Shown here one piece after another: positions 44,025-56,214 of a stretch of DNA of 64,000 nt. Where the stretch lies: contig CBFFSA010000001.1 in the NCBI GenBank assembly GCA_965644495.1, forward strand, positions 3,968,001 to 4,032,000, read 5' to 3'. The notes under the pieces were generated by a model. That model saw only the letters and a program-made list of their open reading frames with translations. It made no database searches and was not told where the DNA came from. The position numbers and the translations under genes are program-made. Position 1 is the first letter of the stretch. The number at the start of each line of letters is the position of its first letter. This DNA is from Perkinsela sp. CCAP 1560/9. Taxonomy: Eukaryota; Protista; Euglenozoa: Kinetoplastea.

Positions 44025-44637
44025 GGCTTTGGAGCTACAAGTAGTAATTCCTGGCATATAAGGAATATCTGATATCAGGTTCGAGTCAATATGGAACGAT
44101 TTCGTGAAATATTTTTTAGACTTTTTACGTAGAAATGCTTTACTCCGTGCATTCATTCGATAAATTTTATTAGGACAGCTTCTTTGTTCACTCAATTGTT
44201 GTGCAGCACACATGTTTTCCATGTGATTGCTAGAGTCATTTTTTCTGGCCTTTAGTTTGGAATTCGAATGTTACAATATGACATAATGTAAAAAGACAGA
44301 CATAATAGGTCTGTCTTTTTCACTACTTGTGCGCCACATATCCATGTACTTTACACCACGTAGTAATTGAAATGAAATTTACTTTGTTAAAATTTTATTT
44401 TCTGTAACTTTTTCATGGAATTGGGCACCTGCCTCTCATTGCCCTGGTTTACGGAGCCGTATGACCATCCGGCCTTAAATTATCGTTTTTCAAAAATTGA
44501 GCTTTCCTTCGATTAGGTAATGCAACACCTGTACACAATGAGTTTTTCCAAAGGCTCTTTCACGAAGAGAACACCATACAAAGTTTCGTGAAGCTTGCGG
44601 AGGCAAAGCCTTTTTGCTGTGCTCCTCCCCATAAAGA

Positions 44638-47600
44638 ATGCTTTTTAGATGTCCTATGTGTCGACATGCACTCAAGGATAGATTTTCCAAACGTTCTCTT
44701 ACCCCTTCAAATCAGGACGACTGTATCCATCTCCGGGCATTGCTTCGCGCTTTACCAGGTCCGAACTCCTCGATGATTCCATTTTACCAATTTCTACATC
44801 GCCTACCGCTCACATCTATTCGATATTTCGCATCCCTCCACTCCAAAGGTCTGGGTGCCTTCCTTTTCGAATACGTGCGAATGTTTGATGTAAGAAAGGA
44901 TCGGTTACAGAAAACAAGAGAAATTCGCGAAAACGAGTGTCGCGTGATGGCAACAAAATGGAAACCGAAACAAAGAGTAGATCCTATTCAAATTTTCGAC
45001 AAAAAAGCAACAAACCCTACCCCAATCTCACGGGACCACACAAAAACGAGCCAGCCCCCATCCACCCTACCCCCCACATCACGCACAACCCCAAGCCTAC
45101 CTCCTTCTCCTCTCCCCCCTCCCCCCTCCTTATCCCCTGCATCCCCTACAACTCTATTTTCTGCCTTCTCCTTTCTTCGCTCTTTGCAACTTGAAAATGA
45201 AACCTCTCTTCATGCGACTCTGGCCGACACCCACAGCTACACGTTGCGGCACCGGTACGAGATGCCCACACTTCTTTGCTTCTTTCTTCATTGGCGGTTG
45301 AAGCAGCAGCCCGGGTGGCACCCCGCGGATCGGGTCTCGGAAATGTACAACACCCTGGCGGCTCATCGGGATCAAGGGAATAGAAATAAAACGGCAGGGG
45401 ATACAAATGAAACTACAGGGGACACAGATGAAAAAAAAGATACAAACCATAAAAACAGTTTGCCTGTTTCGTTGTTTTCGCTGCCCTCTCCATTTTCGTT
45501 ACGGTTGTACTTACGAAAAGGTCCGGGGTCGAGATATGCCACCGTGAGCCCTTGTGGGTTCTGGGTGTGTTCGACCTCGTGGTATTTACGTGCCTCACGA
45601 CCTCCTCCGCCTTTTCCGGAGTTTGACCGATTTATGTCGGCAGCAGTGGTAACAGGGGAGGGTGGAGATGCTGGGACGGAGAGTGGAAAAGATAGGGTGG
45701 GTAGGTCTTCAAAAACAGGCAAAGAAGTACGCTTGGTGGATGAGGATTATTCCTCAACTGTACGGAGTGCACTTCCAGGAATTGTTTTGGAAAAACTTCC
45801 ACAAACACTTTCGTGTTTGTTAATGAAGGAAAAAGGGCCACAAAATATATTTGCTACGCAAGAATTGCTGCAAAAGAAAGAATTTCACACAAATACCTCC
45901 CGTCAGATTCACGTGCAGCGCTCGGGCACCGATTTAGAAAAATCTCTGAACTTGTGCGATTTTCTTGCTCCACCCCCTGCCGTTCCTCTTCGCATTCTTG
46001 TGCAATCGTTGCGTTGGGCAGAGACCTCTGAGCTTCGTAAATCAGGTTACACAAATCTTCTCCCGTTCCTAATTGATCACCCCGAAAGGTACACCCTACG
46101 TTTCTCTGAGCAAGATCGTCAGGTCACCCAAACAGCCGATGACACAAAAAAAGAGCTTGAAAGTACACAAAGCTCTGTAGCAAAAACTGTTATAGCAGAA
46201 ACATCTTTATCCCATTCGCACAATTCATTCTTTTCAGACGAAAAAGAGAGCGGAAAGTGTTTATCAAAAAGGAGTTCTGAAAATCCTTCTTCCCACTCCG
46301 ATTTACTATGTGTTGTGCAATCCACCCCGCTGCTAAGTTACCGTCGCACTTTGCTTCGAATGCTTGCGAGAGGTCAACACTGGACTCCTATCCGAAGTTT
46401 TGTTCCCCTTTTTTGGGTTCCCTTGATTGCGGTCGAGAAAGCTCTTCCTTCGCATGTTTCAATGCTCTATCATCGATGTGATGGCATCAACGGATTGTTG
46501 CACGTCGGGAGTGGAGTACTGTTGGGAGAAATTCGAAGTGCGTGGCGTAAAAGAGCTCTTATTCTGATAAGAAAGTTGGAGATGTCACCCACGAATGGGA
46601 ATGAACGTGCGGAAAAGGAAGGTGAAAGCGTAAAGCACAAGGACATTAAAGAAATAAATGGAAAACGTCTACATTCAGACGAACGCGTTAAAGAGCCTTT
46701 GGGAGATTCCTCGAGAAGACTTTCAAAGGTTGAGGAAGATTCTCAGTTCGCAGATTATCTTCTTACACCGAAACTTCTGAATTCTATCTCGTATCTTCTT
46801 CCGCCGAACGGCTTCATTACCATAGGTGCACTACGATATCAGTTACGTCAGAAAGGAATGAAATTTGGTGGAGATCGGACGTCAGCGAAGAACTCCGTTT
46901 CAATTCGCAAATACTCCGAACAAACCAAACCAATCAGTGACCCACAATCTTCAGTGTACAAGTCGGATGCATCCTGCTTTAGTCCTGCCCACTCCGCATG
47001 GCCACTCGATCTTATTCTTGCATTTCGCCCCGATTTATTCGAGTGTTGTCCTGCACAAGGAGTACGAAAGCGACACGCTCTTGTGGAGAAAAATAACATA
47101 AAATCACGGGAAAATACGAAAAACGCAGAATTGGCATTTTTTCGTCCACCTGTAGGGGAACGTATTACGGCTACACTTTCTCATGTAAACCCGTGCATTC
47201 GCGTTGCATTTTCAAAAACGTTGAAACGTCAAGAATATAAAGCCATTGCGCTTCGACATGGGGCACATTACAGCGAGAACGACATTGTAGAAAAAGTGTA
47301 CAGCTTACTTCCTTCGAACTCAGCGCAGGATGGGATTAACTCTTCCTTTTCAAGGGCAAGTAACTCCTCTGCCAAAGCGGATTCTCGTTTCTTTCATGAA
47401 AGTTCCGACTTAAATGAGGCTGTACCCCTTGCCGTTATTTCGTCTCGTCTGCAAGGGCTTGCTCCTGGCATGCTGGAACAGGTCTTGTTCCGCCACGATT
47501 CCCTTCGCGAATTCTTGAAAAGGTTTCCAACCAAATTTGCCTGGAAAAAAGTTCCCTCCTTAACTCCTGGAGTCGACATCTACGGAGTGCAACGCTATCG

Positions 47601-49137
47601 TAAACTTCCTTCGTCTCCTTCCACGTCGATCGAGAGCGTCCCGAATCCCTACTTCTGTGAAGAAAAAATGTACCAAGCAGTGTACCAAACGTTTCCCCGA
47701 CATTATGTTGGCAATCTTTCCGGTGGAACACCGAGTAATGCCGTAACCTCCGAAAACAACTCTCCTGAAGATAAGGCCTCCCCTTCACTCCACGATGCAT
47801 TCGTCATGCAGAACGGACTGTCTCGCTCACATTCTCCCTCTAAAGAAGCTAAAAACGGCTCCATTTCCTGCCACGAATCCCGCAAAGGTCTTCCCCTACC
47901 TCAACTCATGGAGCGGCTCCCCGAGTTAGCCCGTGAGGCCCTGCATGGGTACTATGGTGGCGCCCAACGTTATTTCTCCAATCGCCCTCGCGACTATCGC
48001 ATCGTAGAGACCCATCCCAGCCAGGCCTCTCTACGCAGTGAGTCTCAGACACAGAAATTAGGTAAAATCCGTCCCTCGGCCATGTTTGTCTACGTGGTTT
48101 ATTTGAGAAATGTGAACCGAGGATTGCAGGAATCTGCGGTTCCCCCCTCACGCCATAAAACCCGGATAAAGACAAATGACGATGTTCATGTGGAGCCAAA
48201 GGAGGCCGAGAACAGGGGAAAACAGAATGTTTTGATGGACAAGGCTTCCAAAAGGAGGAATGAGGCGGCGGTTAATTTGAATTTGCTTGAAAGTCGCCCG
48301 GTAAAACCTAAAGCTTGCGATAAAAATCATTTTGAAAATCGCGATCACGGGTCCTCTGAAACGAAAACTGGTGTTTCTGAAACAAACGGGAGCTCAAAAA
48401 AATTAACAGCAAGTCCGCCCTTATTTCACATTTCTGATATTCTAAAGGGAAGCATGTCAGAGGATAATACTTCTAGGGTCTTGTCTGAGCTTCTATTTCC
48501 GTCTTCTGTTGAGCAATTTGCTGAACAATATGTTATGCTTCATAAAATGTCACCAAATCTTCAACGTAACACGTGTCCAAGAAAGGATATGCTGCGCACT
48601 GACTCTTGTGAGAATGATAAATTACCCGATACACGACTCGAAAATGCTACGAAAAGCGACTTCATAGAAGTAAAAACCGAAAACGTAGTGCACCGGAAGG
48701 AAGAAATGAACGTTTCGACCACACTGCATAACCCCTCTACGAATCCGTCTAGTGTAGAGGTAAATGGCACAAGCTCAAATTCCTCAGTTGAAAACTTGAA
48801 TATCAACTCCAATAAGAAAGTGTTGTCCCCTGTTTTGAGTTCTCCGAGCGCGAATTCTGGTTCGGGTGTTGCGCATAACTCAGCACCAGAACTCTATGCG
48901 ACGGACTTTAGCTTAAGTAAAGCAACCAAAAGCATTTCAGGCTTACCCGTTCAATCTCATTTATCCAGGAATTCACAACACTTGTCGGCTACGCTGTCCC
49001 CGTATCTCAATGACACGTGGAGGTGTGAGTACGACCGGTACGTACGCCACACATTGCGCGGAGTGCTCAAGCCTAAGGGTGAGGAAGATATCGATTTGGA
49101 TGATGACCTCGCCGAGGAAGGGGGAGATCTTCTGTAG
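44638..49137 (+). CDS. Large hypothetical protein, possibly with repeated LOTUS/OST-HTH-like domains
   Basis: 1499-aa uninterrupted ORF; recurrent (V/L)PL..L...L......L..FL...P..(F/Y) motifs. Confidence 0.8.
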   Translation: MLFRCPMCRHALKDRFSKRSLTPSNQDDCIHLRALLRALPGPNSSMIPFYQFLHRLPLTSIRYFASLHSKGLGAFLFEYVRMFDVRKDRLQKTREIRENECRVMATKWKPKQRVDPIQIFDKKATNPTPISRDHTKTSQPPSTLPPTSRTTPSLPPSPLPPPPSLSPASPTTLFSAFSFLRSLQLENETSLHATLADTHSYTLRHRYEMPTLLCFFLHWRLKQQPGWHPADRVSEMYNTLAAHRDQGNRNKTAGDTNETTGDTDEKKDTNHKNSLPVSLFSLPSPFSLRLYLRKGPGSRYATVSPCGFWVCSTSWYLRASRPPPPFPEFDRFMSAAVVTGEGGDAGTESGKDRVGRSSKTGKEVRLVDEDYSSTVRSALPGIVLEKLPQTLSCLLMKEKGPQNIFATQELLQKKEFHTNTSRQIHVQRSGTDLEKSLNLCDFLAPPPAVPLRILVQSLRWAETSELRKSGYTNLLPFLIDHPERYTLRFSEQDRQVTQTADDTKKELESTQSSVAKTVIAETSLSHSHNSFFSDEKESGKCLSKRSSENPSSHSDLLCVVQSTPLLSYRRTLLRMLARGQHWTPIRSFVPLFWVPLIAVEKALPSHVSMLYHRCDGINGLLHVGSGVLLGEIRSAWRKRALILIRKLEMSPTNGNERAEKEGESVKHKDIKEINGKRLHSDERVKEPLGDSSRRLSKVEEDSQFADYLLTPKLLNSISYLLPPNGFITIGALRYQLRQKGMKFGGDRTSAKNSVSIRKYSEQTKPISDPQSSVYKSDASCFSPAHSAWPLDLILAFRPDLFECCPAQGVRKRHALVEKNNIKSRENTKNAELAFFRPPVGERITATLSHVNPCIRVAFSKTLKRQEYKAIALRHGAHYSENDIVEKVYSLLPSNSAQDGINSSFSRASNSSAKADSRFFHESSDLNEAVPLAVISSRLQGLAPGMLEQVLFRHDSLREFLKRFPTKFAWKKVPSLTPGVDIYGVQRYRKLPSSPSTSIESVPNPYFCEEKMYQAVYQTFPRHYVGNLSGGTPSNAVTSENNSPEDKASPSLHDAFVMQNGLSRSHSPSKEAKNGSISCHESRKGLPLPQLMERLPELAREALHGYYGGAQRYFSNRPRDYRIVETHPSQASLRSESQTQKLGKIRPSAMFVYVVYLRNVNRGLQESAVPPSRHKTRIKTNDDVHVEPKEAENRGKQNVLMDKASKRRNEAAVNLNLLESRPVKPKACDKNHFENRDHGSSETKTGVSETNGSSKKLTASPPLFHISDILKGSMSEDNTSRVLSELLFPSSVEQFAEQYVMLHKMSPNLQRNTCPRKDMLRTDSCENDKLPDTRLENATKSDFIEVKTENVVHRKEEMNVSTTLHNPSTNPSSVEVNGTSSNSSVENLNINSNKKVLSPVLSSPSANSGSGVAHNSAPELYATDFSLSKATKSISGLPVQSHLSRNSQHLSATLSPYLNDTWRCEYDRYVRHTLRGVLKPKGEEDIDLDDDLAEEGGDLL

Positions 49138-49435
49138 AATAGCTACTGTATTCTTAGCTCTACATGTTGCGATGCCTTAAGGTCTGCGACGGACTACCGT
49201 TGGAGATCACTGGAGATCATTTTCGAGCATACGAAGCGCCTGCATGTGAAGCATTCGAAGCAGCTTCTAGTGTTGAAAATGGATTAAGTGAGACATTCGA
49301 TTTTTTTTGAATTCAAAAAATTTGTCTAATTTTATTGTGAATCAATTTGACGAAATGCACCCGTTCTTGCAATCACTATACCTACAACTTCAGAAAACAC
49401 AGTTTAGATTTTGTGTCTAACGATCTACTTTTAGC

Positions 49436-50847
49436 ATGATGGGCTCCATTATACTAACAAACAGCAGTGATCTACCTGCTAGTTCTCGCCTGGGGAAAGT
49501 ACGAGGGGCAATGCTTTCTCCTGATATACAAATGAACAATTTTGTCTCACGTGTTCGCTCCACTAAACAGCCTGACATGTTCAAAGAAACTTCCGTGTGT
49601 TCATGGTCAAGAGTTACTTGTGACGAACAGTCACAAGTCAAATCAATCAAATGGGATTTTCTAACGTTGAGCGGAAACCTTACATGGGAGTTTTTACCTT
49701 CCACAGTCACATGGCTTAAACTAGGTAATAATAATCTCACAGGTGTTCTTCCAACGGCACTCTTACCCGCAGAAATGTCCTACTTAAGCCTCCAGTATAA
49801 TGCTTTTCATGGACGTTTTGATGCTACATGTCTACCCGTAGCACTAGAAATGCTCTGGTCAGCACACAATTTTTTTTCTGGGGTACTTGATCTTACAGCG
49901 CTGCCTCCCGTGGCAAACACAATTTCTCTAATGCGAAATCAGTTTGAAGGCAAACTCGATTTAACGCTTCTACCCTCATCCTTGTTAGAGCTCTGTACCT
50001 TGTTGTTTCTGTACCTTGTTGGTACTTTTTCCTTAGTTCATCCTTTCTTTCCCCGGCAACGGGCATACTCTTACTGTATTTTCATGCCCGTTGCCGGCCG
50101 GCACTAAGGTCGGAACTGTCCCTCTTGTCGCTGAAGCAGGGGACGCGCTTTCACCACTTCACCCCTCCCCGACTCACTCCCCTGGAGTGAGTGTGCTTCC
50201 CCCTCTCGGCTTTTTTTCGACTTGTCTTTTTCCTCTCCGAGAGGGTCATGCGTCACGGTGGCCTCCCTTGAGGACCACTAGACGTGTCCTCCGCCGACGA
50301 GACTCGGCTCTCTGCACCTGGCGGTCGCCCAGCTCTCCGCACCTCGGCTCTGTCGCAGCTCTCTGCACCCGGATTGCCCCCGAAACTGTAATATGGGGAT
50401 TACGCATCCGGCTCTCTGCACCTGCACATGACAACCGAGCTCTCTGCACCTGGGACGCCAGCTCTCCGCACCCGCACACCTCCGGCGAGGACGAAACCTC
50501 ACATGATCCACCCGTCGTATGCGGGATAAGGACATGGTGAGCAAATCTCTGCACTATAAGTGCATGATAAAACCTTGCATCACAATCAATTTTCAGGTGA
50601 GGTTGATCTGACGCATCTCCCCCCTCGGTTAAAAACCCTATACTTGATGCAAAATTTGTTGAGCGGTGAATTAATTCTACAGAATCTTCCAAACTCTCTT
50701 CAGAACGTTCACGTCGGATCAAACAGTTTTGTTGGGGAAGTACAACTCAAAGATTTGCCTCCTCGTCTACATACGTTGAATATTTCGAACAACAGCAAAC
50801 CTTTGGAGATAAAAGGTGCACCGTCATCCGTCCGTGTTGTGCGTTGA
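49436..50847 (+). pseudogene. LRR protein, member 7, disrupted by a 578-bp insertion
   Basis: SRLGKVRGAML leader; ..LPSSLLEL rejoins (S/T)LHHNQFSGEVD in LRR register when about 49995-50572 is removed. Confidence 0.88.
49995..50572 (+). mobile_element. Unclassified insertion with SL-like 5' end and GCTCTC(T/C)GCACC repeats
   Basis: Defined by the break in the LRR frame; GC-rich; ends GATAAAA; no clear TSD. Confidence 0.7.
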
Positions 50848-51108
50848 AAAGCGTAACCTTGTTAAAAACTTATTTAAAAAAAGATATTTTTCATTATTCA
50901 CTAAAATGATTCATGACTACTGTGCATAATATTCCTTTCAAGCAATACCGTAGAAACGGAAATTAAGATATTCCATTCAACAGCGAATACACAATTAAAC
51001 ATTTTTCTCAATTCGAGAGAATTGTATTGCTATATCCGAAAAACAAATACAATATCTGATCTATCCCTCTAGATCATCTATAGTGGGGTTAAAACTCCTC
51101 CTCCATAG

Positions 51109-51478
51109 TAAACGGGGTCCGGTTTAGCATACCTCTGGCCTGGTGCCATACCGGGGGGTATGGTATCGTGACCCAGGGTCGATAGCATACCCCCCCCCTG
51201 GTTTTTCAGGCAGACAACATGTGATGTCGACTTCTTGTTCGAGGTGGCCCACGTAGATCATAACCCTACAGAGCATTATTCGTTTATTTTCTTTACTATT
51301 TATCGCGTTTTTCACTTCTATGACTTTTATTGGTGATATTATTAACATCCACTGGTAACTTTTGCTGGTAATCACTTTTTTACAAATTTAGCGAAACCAC
51401 TTACCATACCTGTGACCTGCTACCATACCTGTGACCTCGTACCATGCTGGGGGGGATGCTAAACCGGACCCCCGTTTA
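51109..51478. mobile_element. MITE (TAAACGGGGTCCGGTTTAGCAT TIR)
   Basis: Terminal inverted repeats visible; related left end at 23864. Confidence 0.8.
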
Positions 51479-51596
51479 ATCTTTTAGTTGATTTCCGGAA
51501 ATAAAGATTTTACAAACGAAATAATAAATTTTTTACATACGAAATAAAGATTTATAACAAGATTTAAAAAAACAATCGTAAAAAAAATTATTTTAA

Positions 51597-53477
<1,881 letters not shown>

Positions 53478-53947
53478 AAAATAGATAGTAAAGGGTGTGT
53501 GGAATAAAAGGTGTCCTTTTGTTGCTATTTTTAGTCAAAAAATATGAAATTAACATAGTGAATCGTGTTGAATTATTGTCATGATTGTCAAATTTGAGAA
53601 AGGATCAAAAGGGAAAAAACGTAAAATTAGCGAACATGCTGTGACTGCATGTGTTTTTGTTTATTTGCCAATTCTTTCAACTAAAGTTGAGTTTCACTAT
53701 CTTTTGCTTGTTTTACATTTCGTATCTCCATTTTCATGAAGATATTAAAACCTGAGCTTTTTTATTATGCGTCTATCGTAAAACATTCATTCTTACACCA
53801 TGTACCACCGTTTCAATGATTTATTATGTAAAACTATTTTTATCTCATTAGGCGCTTCCTGTAAATCTCGCTATGGACATCATTACAGGCTCATTGCAGT
53901 TTTAAAAGGAATACTACAAGTACATTATTTACAGCTACAACTTTACC

Positions 53948-54586
53948 ATGCTTATTCCTTGTGCTGACACATCTATCTCTCGCAGCCGAGTTGCCCGAGT
54001 ACGCATCCAATCACTTCCTCCCTCATTCCAACTTGCGCGCTTCATAAAAAACATATCGAACCCCTTAATATCATGGCATGCGGATAACGAACTAGGCAAG
54101 TGGGAAGGAGTTCAACGCCATCCTTTGAATTATTTATGTCAATGGCAAATTCTCTGGTCTGGTCGAAAGTTACAGGGAACATTTCCTGATTGGAGTTGTC
54201 TTCCGGAGACGGTGACGACACTGCACCTCGGAATGCGCACTACAATAGGGCTTACACATTACAACTACCTAACGGGGTCCGTAAACTTTGGAGCCTTACA
54301 TCATAAACTTGAATATCTTTCCCTTTCTGGGAATTCATTTTATGGTACTTTCGACGCAGAACATCTCCCTTCTTCTTTGCACTGTCTTGAATTGGAGGAT
54401 AACGATTTTGAGGGAATTCTATGTTTGGCCGCTTTACCCCGGAATATGTACAAAATTACCTTGCAAGGAAATCAGTTCTCTGGAAAAGTGTCGTTTGAGG
54501 CTCTTCCAAAGACATTACATAGACTTACGATTTCCACAGGAATGGATATTCAAGGCTCCATTCCTAGCTGTGTAGATTTTGCGTAG
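53948..54586 (+). CDS. LRR protein, member 8
   Basis: SRVARVRIQSLPPSFQL leader, W....LGKWEGV cap, LRRs. Confidence 0.88.
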   Translation: MLIPCADTSISRSRVARVRIQSLPPSFQLARFIKNISNPLISWHADNELGKWEGVQRHPLNYLCQWQILWSGRKLQGTFPDWSCLPETVTTLHLGMRTTIGLTHYNYLTGSVNFGALHHKLEYLSLSGNSFYGTFDAEHLPSSLHCLELEDNDFEGILCLAALPRNMYKITLQGNQFSGKVSFEALPKTLHRLTISTGMDIQGSIPSCVDFA

Positions 54587-55002
54587 ATTTTTATTTTGCC
54601 ACGCTAAACAATTGTTTCTCACCTCTTTTTTTCTACCTACTCCCCTGTTCAAAAAGAAGGAAAATGTATTTTGATTGTTATTTTCCTTTCTCCTTTTTTT
54701 GTACTTTCTTCATCTTTATCGGTCGTTTAAGTTCTTCTTCTCTTATACAATGGAGGGTTATTCCTTCCAATGTAACCAAACTCAAGAGATCACAAAGTTC
54801 TGGGCCAGTGAGTATGCTACTCGCAAATCAAGCAAAACATACAGTCAGCTAAAAAACCTTTCGAATGTTTTGAATTTTTTTGTACACATCTATTGACTAA
54901 ATAACACCGTTGCACTGGTAACTTGTTCTAGTAGTGTAGGCATGATTGTTACCTAATAGTACCCATAGATAGTTCATCTCAGTTCGTTCTACCAAAGAAA
55001 TA

Positions 55003-55894
55003 ATTTTCTTTTTTAGGCTCTTCGTTAAACGCGGTGGTTGCTTTCAACTTAGAAGTCACTCATGCTGCGCGCTTCGCGTTGAAAACTACCGCCGCGTTTA
55101 ACGAAGAGCCTAAAAAAGAAAATTTAGCCTGGAAAACGGAAAGATTATAGCCAAAAATAGCCGAATTTCGGGTACAAATGGGGTCATTTTCGCATATTTT
55201 TGCTCTCAGAGAACTAAATCCGACATTTGCGCGTGGGAAATCACTCGCAGGCATGAATGAAAGCCTACCGAACGTATTGGGTAGAGAATGCGACTCCAAC
55301 CATACCATTCTTTCGACACAAAAATGCCCCTTTAGGTCCGAAAAATACTTTTTCACCTTTTTTAGTCAAAAATGGGTCATTTTGGGGGGCGCACCACATT
55401 TCGAAGAAGTGATACCTTGCGAAAACAACTGCGGAGAAAGCTAGTGTAGGTCCCAAACTATCAAAATACAACAGGGGAAACGATTTTGGAAAAATATTTT
55501 TTTTGTCATTTTTTTCGCCAAGTTGAAATTTTTTTCAAAATTTTTTTTCCGAAAAAATCCGAAATTGGCGGACCCGTCCTGCGGATACGCGGGGGGGTCA
55601 CCCCCGGGTAGGGGGGTGGAAAATGCGCGCCAAGACCCCGGCTACCCTTTCTGCGGTTTTTTTTCGAAAAGTAATTTTTTCGAAAAAATTTGCTCGACCA
55701 TGCCCCCCCCCCCTGGCCCCCCCCATGGACCCCCCATTTTTTTCAAAATTTTTTTTCAGTTTTGGACCACCGGAGCCCCCTTTTATATTTTTTTCTTCTA
55801 TTATATTACTGTGTTCCTCTTTATATTTTCACTGTTTTTGTTCACTTTTTTTTCAATAATCGAGTGTAGAGCGGTAGTTTTACAACCACCGCAA
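55003..55894. mobile_element. Hairpin-ended A^T element, subfamily A
   Basis: Full copy ending ..CCACCGCAA|T; left boundary uncertain by 1 nt. Confidence 0.92.
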
Positions 55895-56214
55895 TAATGA
55901 ATATATACTCCCCCTCTCATTAATTTTAATAAATGACCTTCGGTATTTTTTTGCAAAAATTTATATTTCTACAAAAATTTTGTTCAATACAATTTTGTTC
56001 AGAGTCATATCCTTTTAAGTTTTTCTAAAGTACATTATTTCTATATCCCCGAAACGTTTGGACCGCACTTCGGACAACGGGCTTGGCTTTTATTTTTCCC
56101 CGCAGCGCATCGCTGATCACGAAGGAATTCGTAGAAATCAGCGCACAATCACGTTTGTGGAGACGAAAGGAAAGGAAGAATTTTCTCCAGAAAGTACAGA
56201 TGTGCCTTTTGTAC

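Noticed and set aside
49995-50560. GT-AG cis-intron restoring the LRR frame
   Set aside because: Splicing would be in frame but leaves four extra residues that break the 24-aa LRR register; removing 49995-50572 restores it exactly. Not excluded without RNA data.
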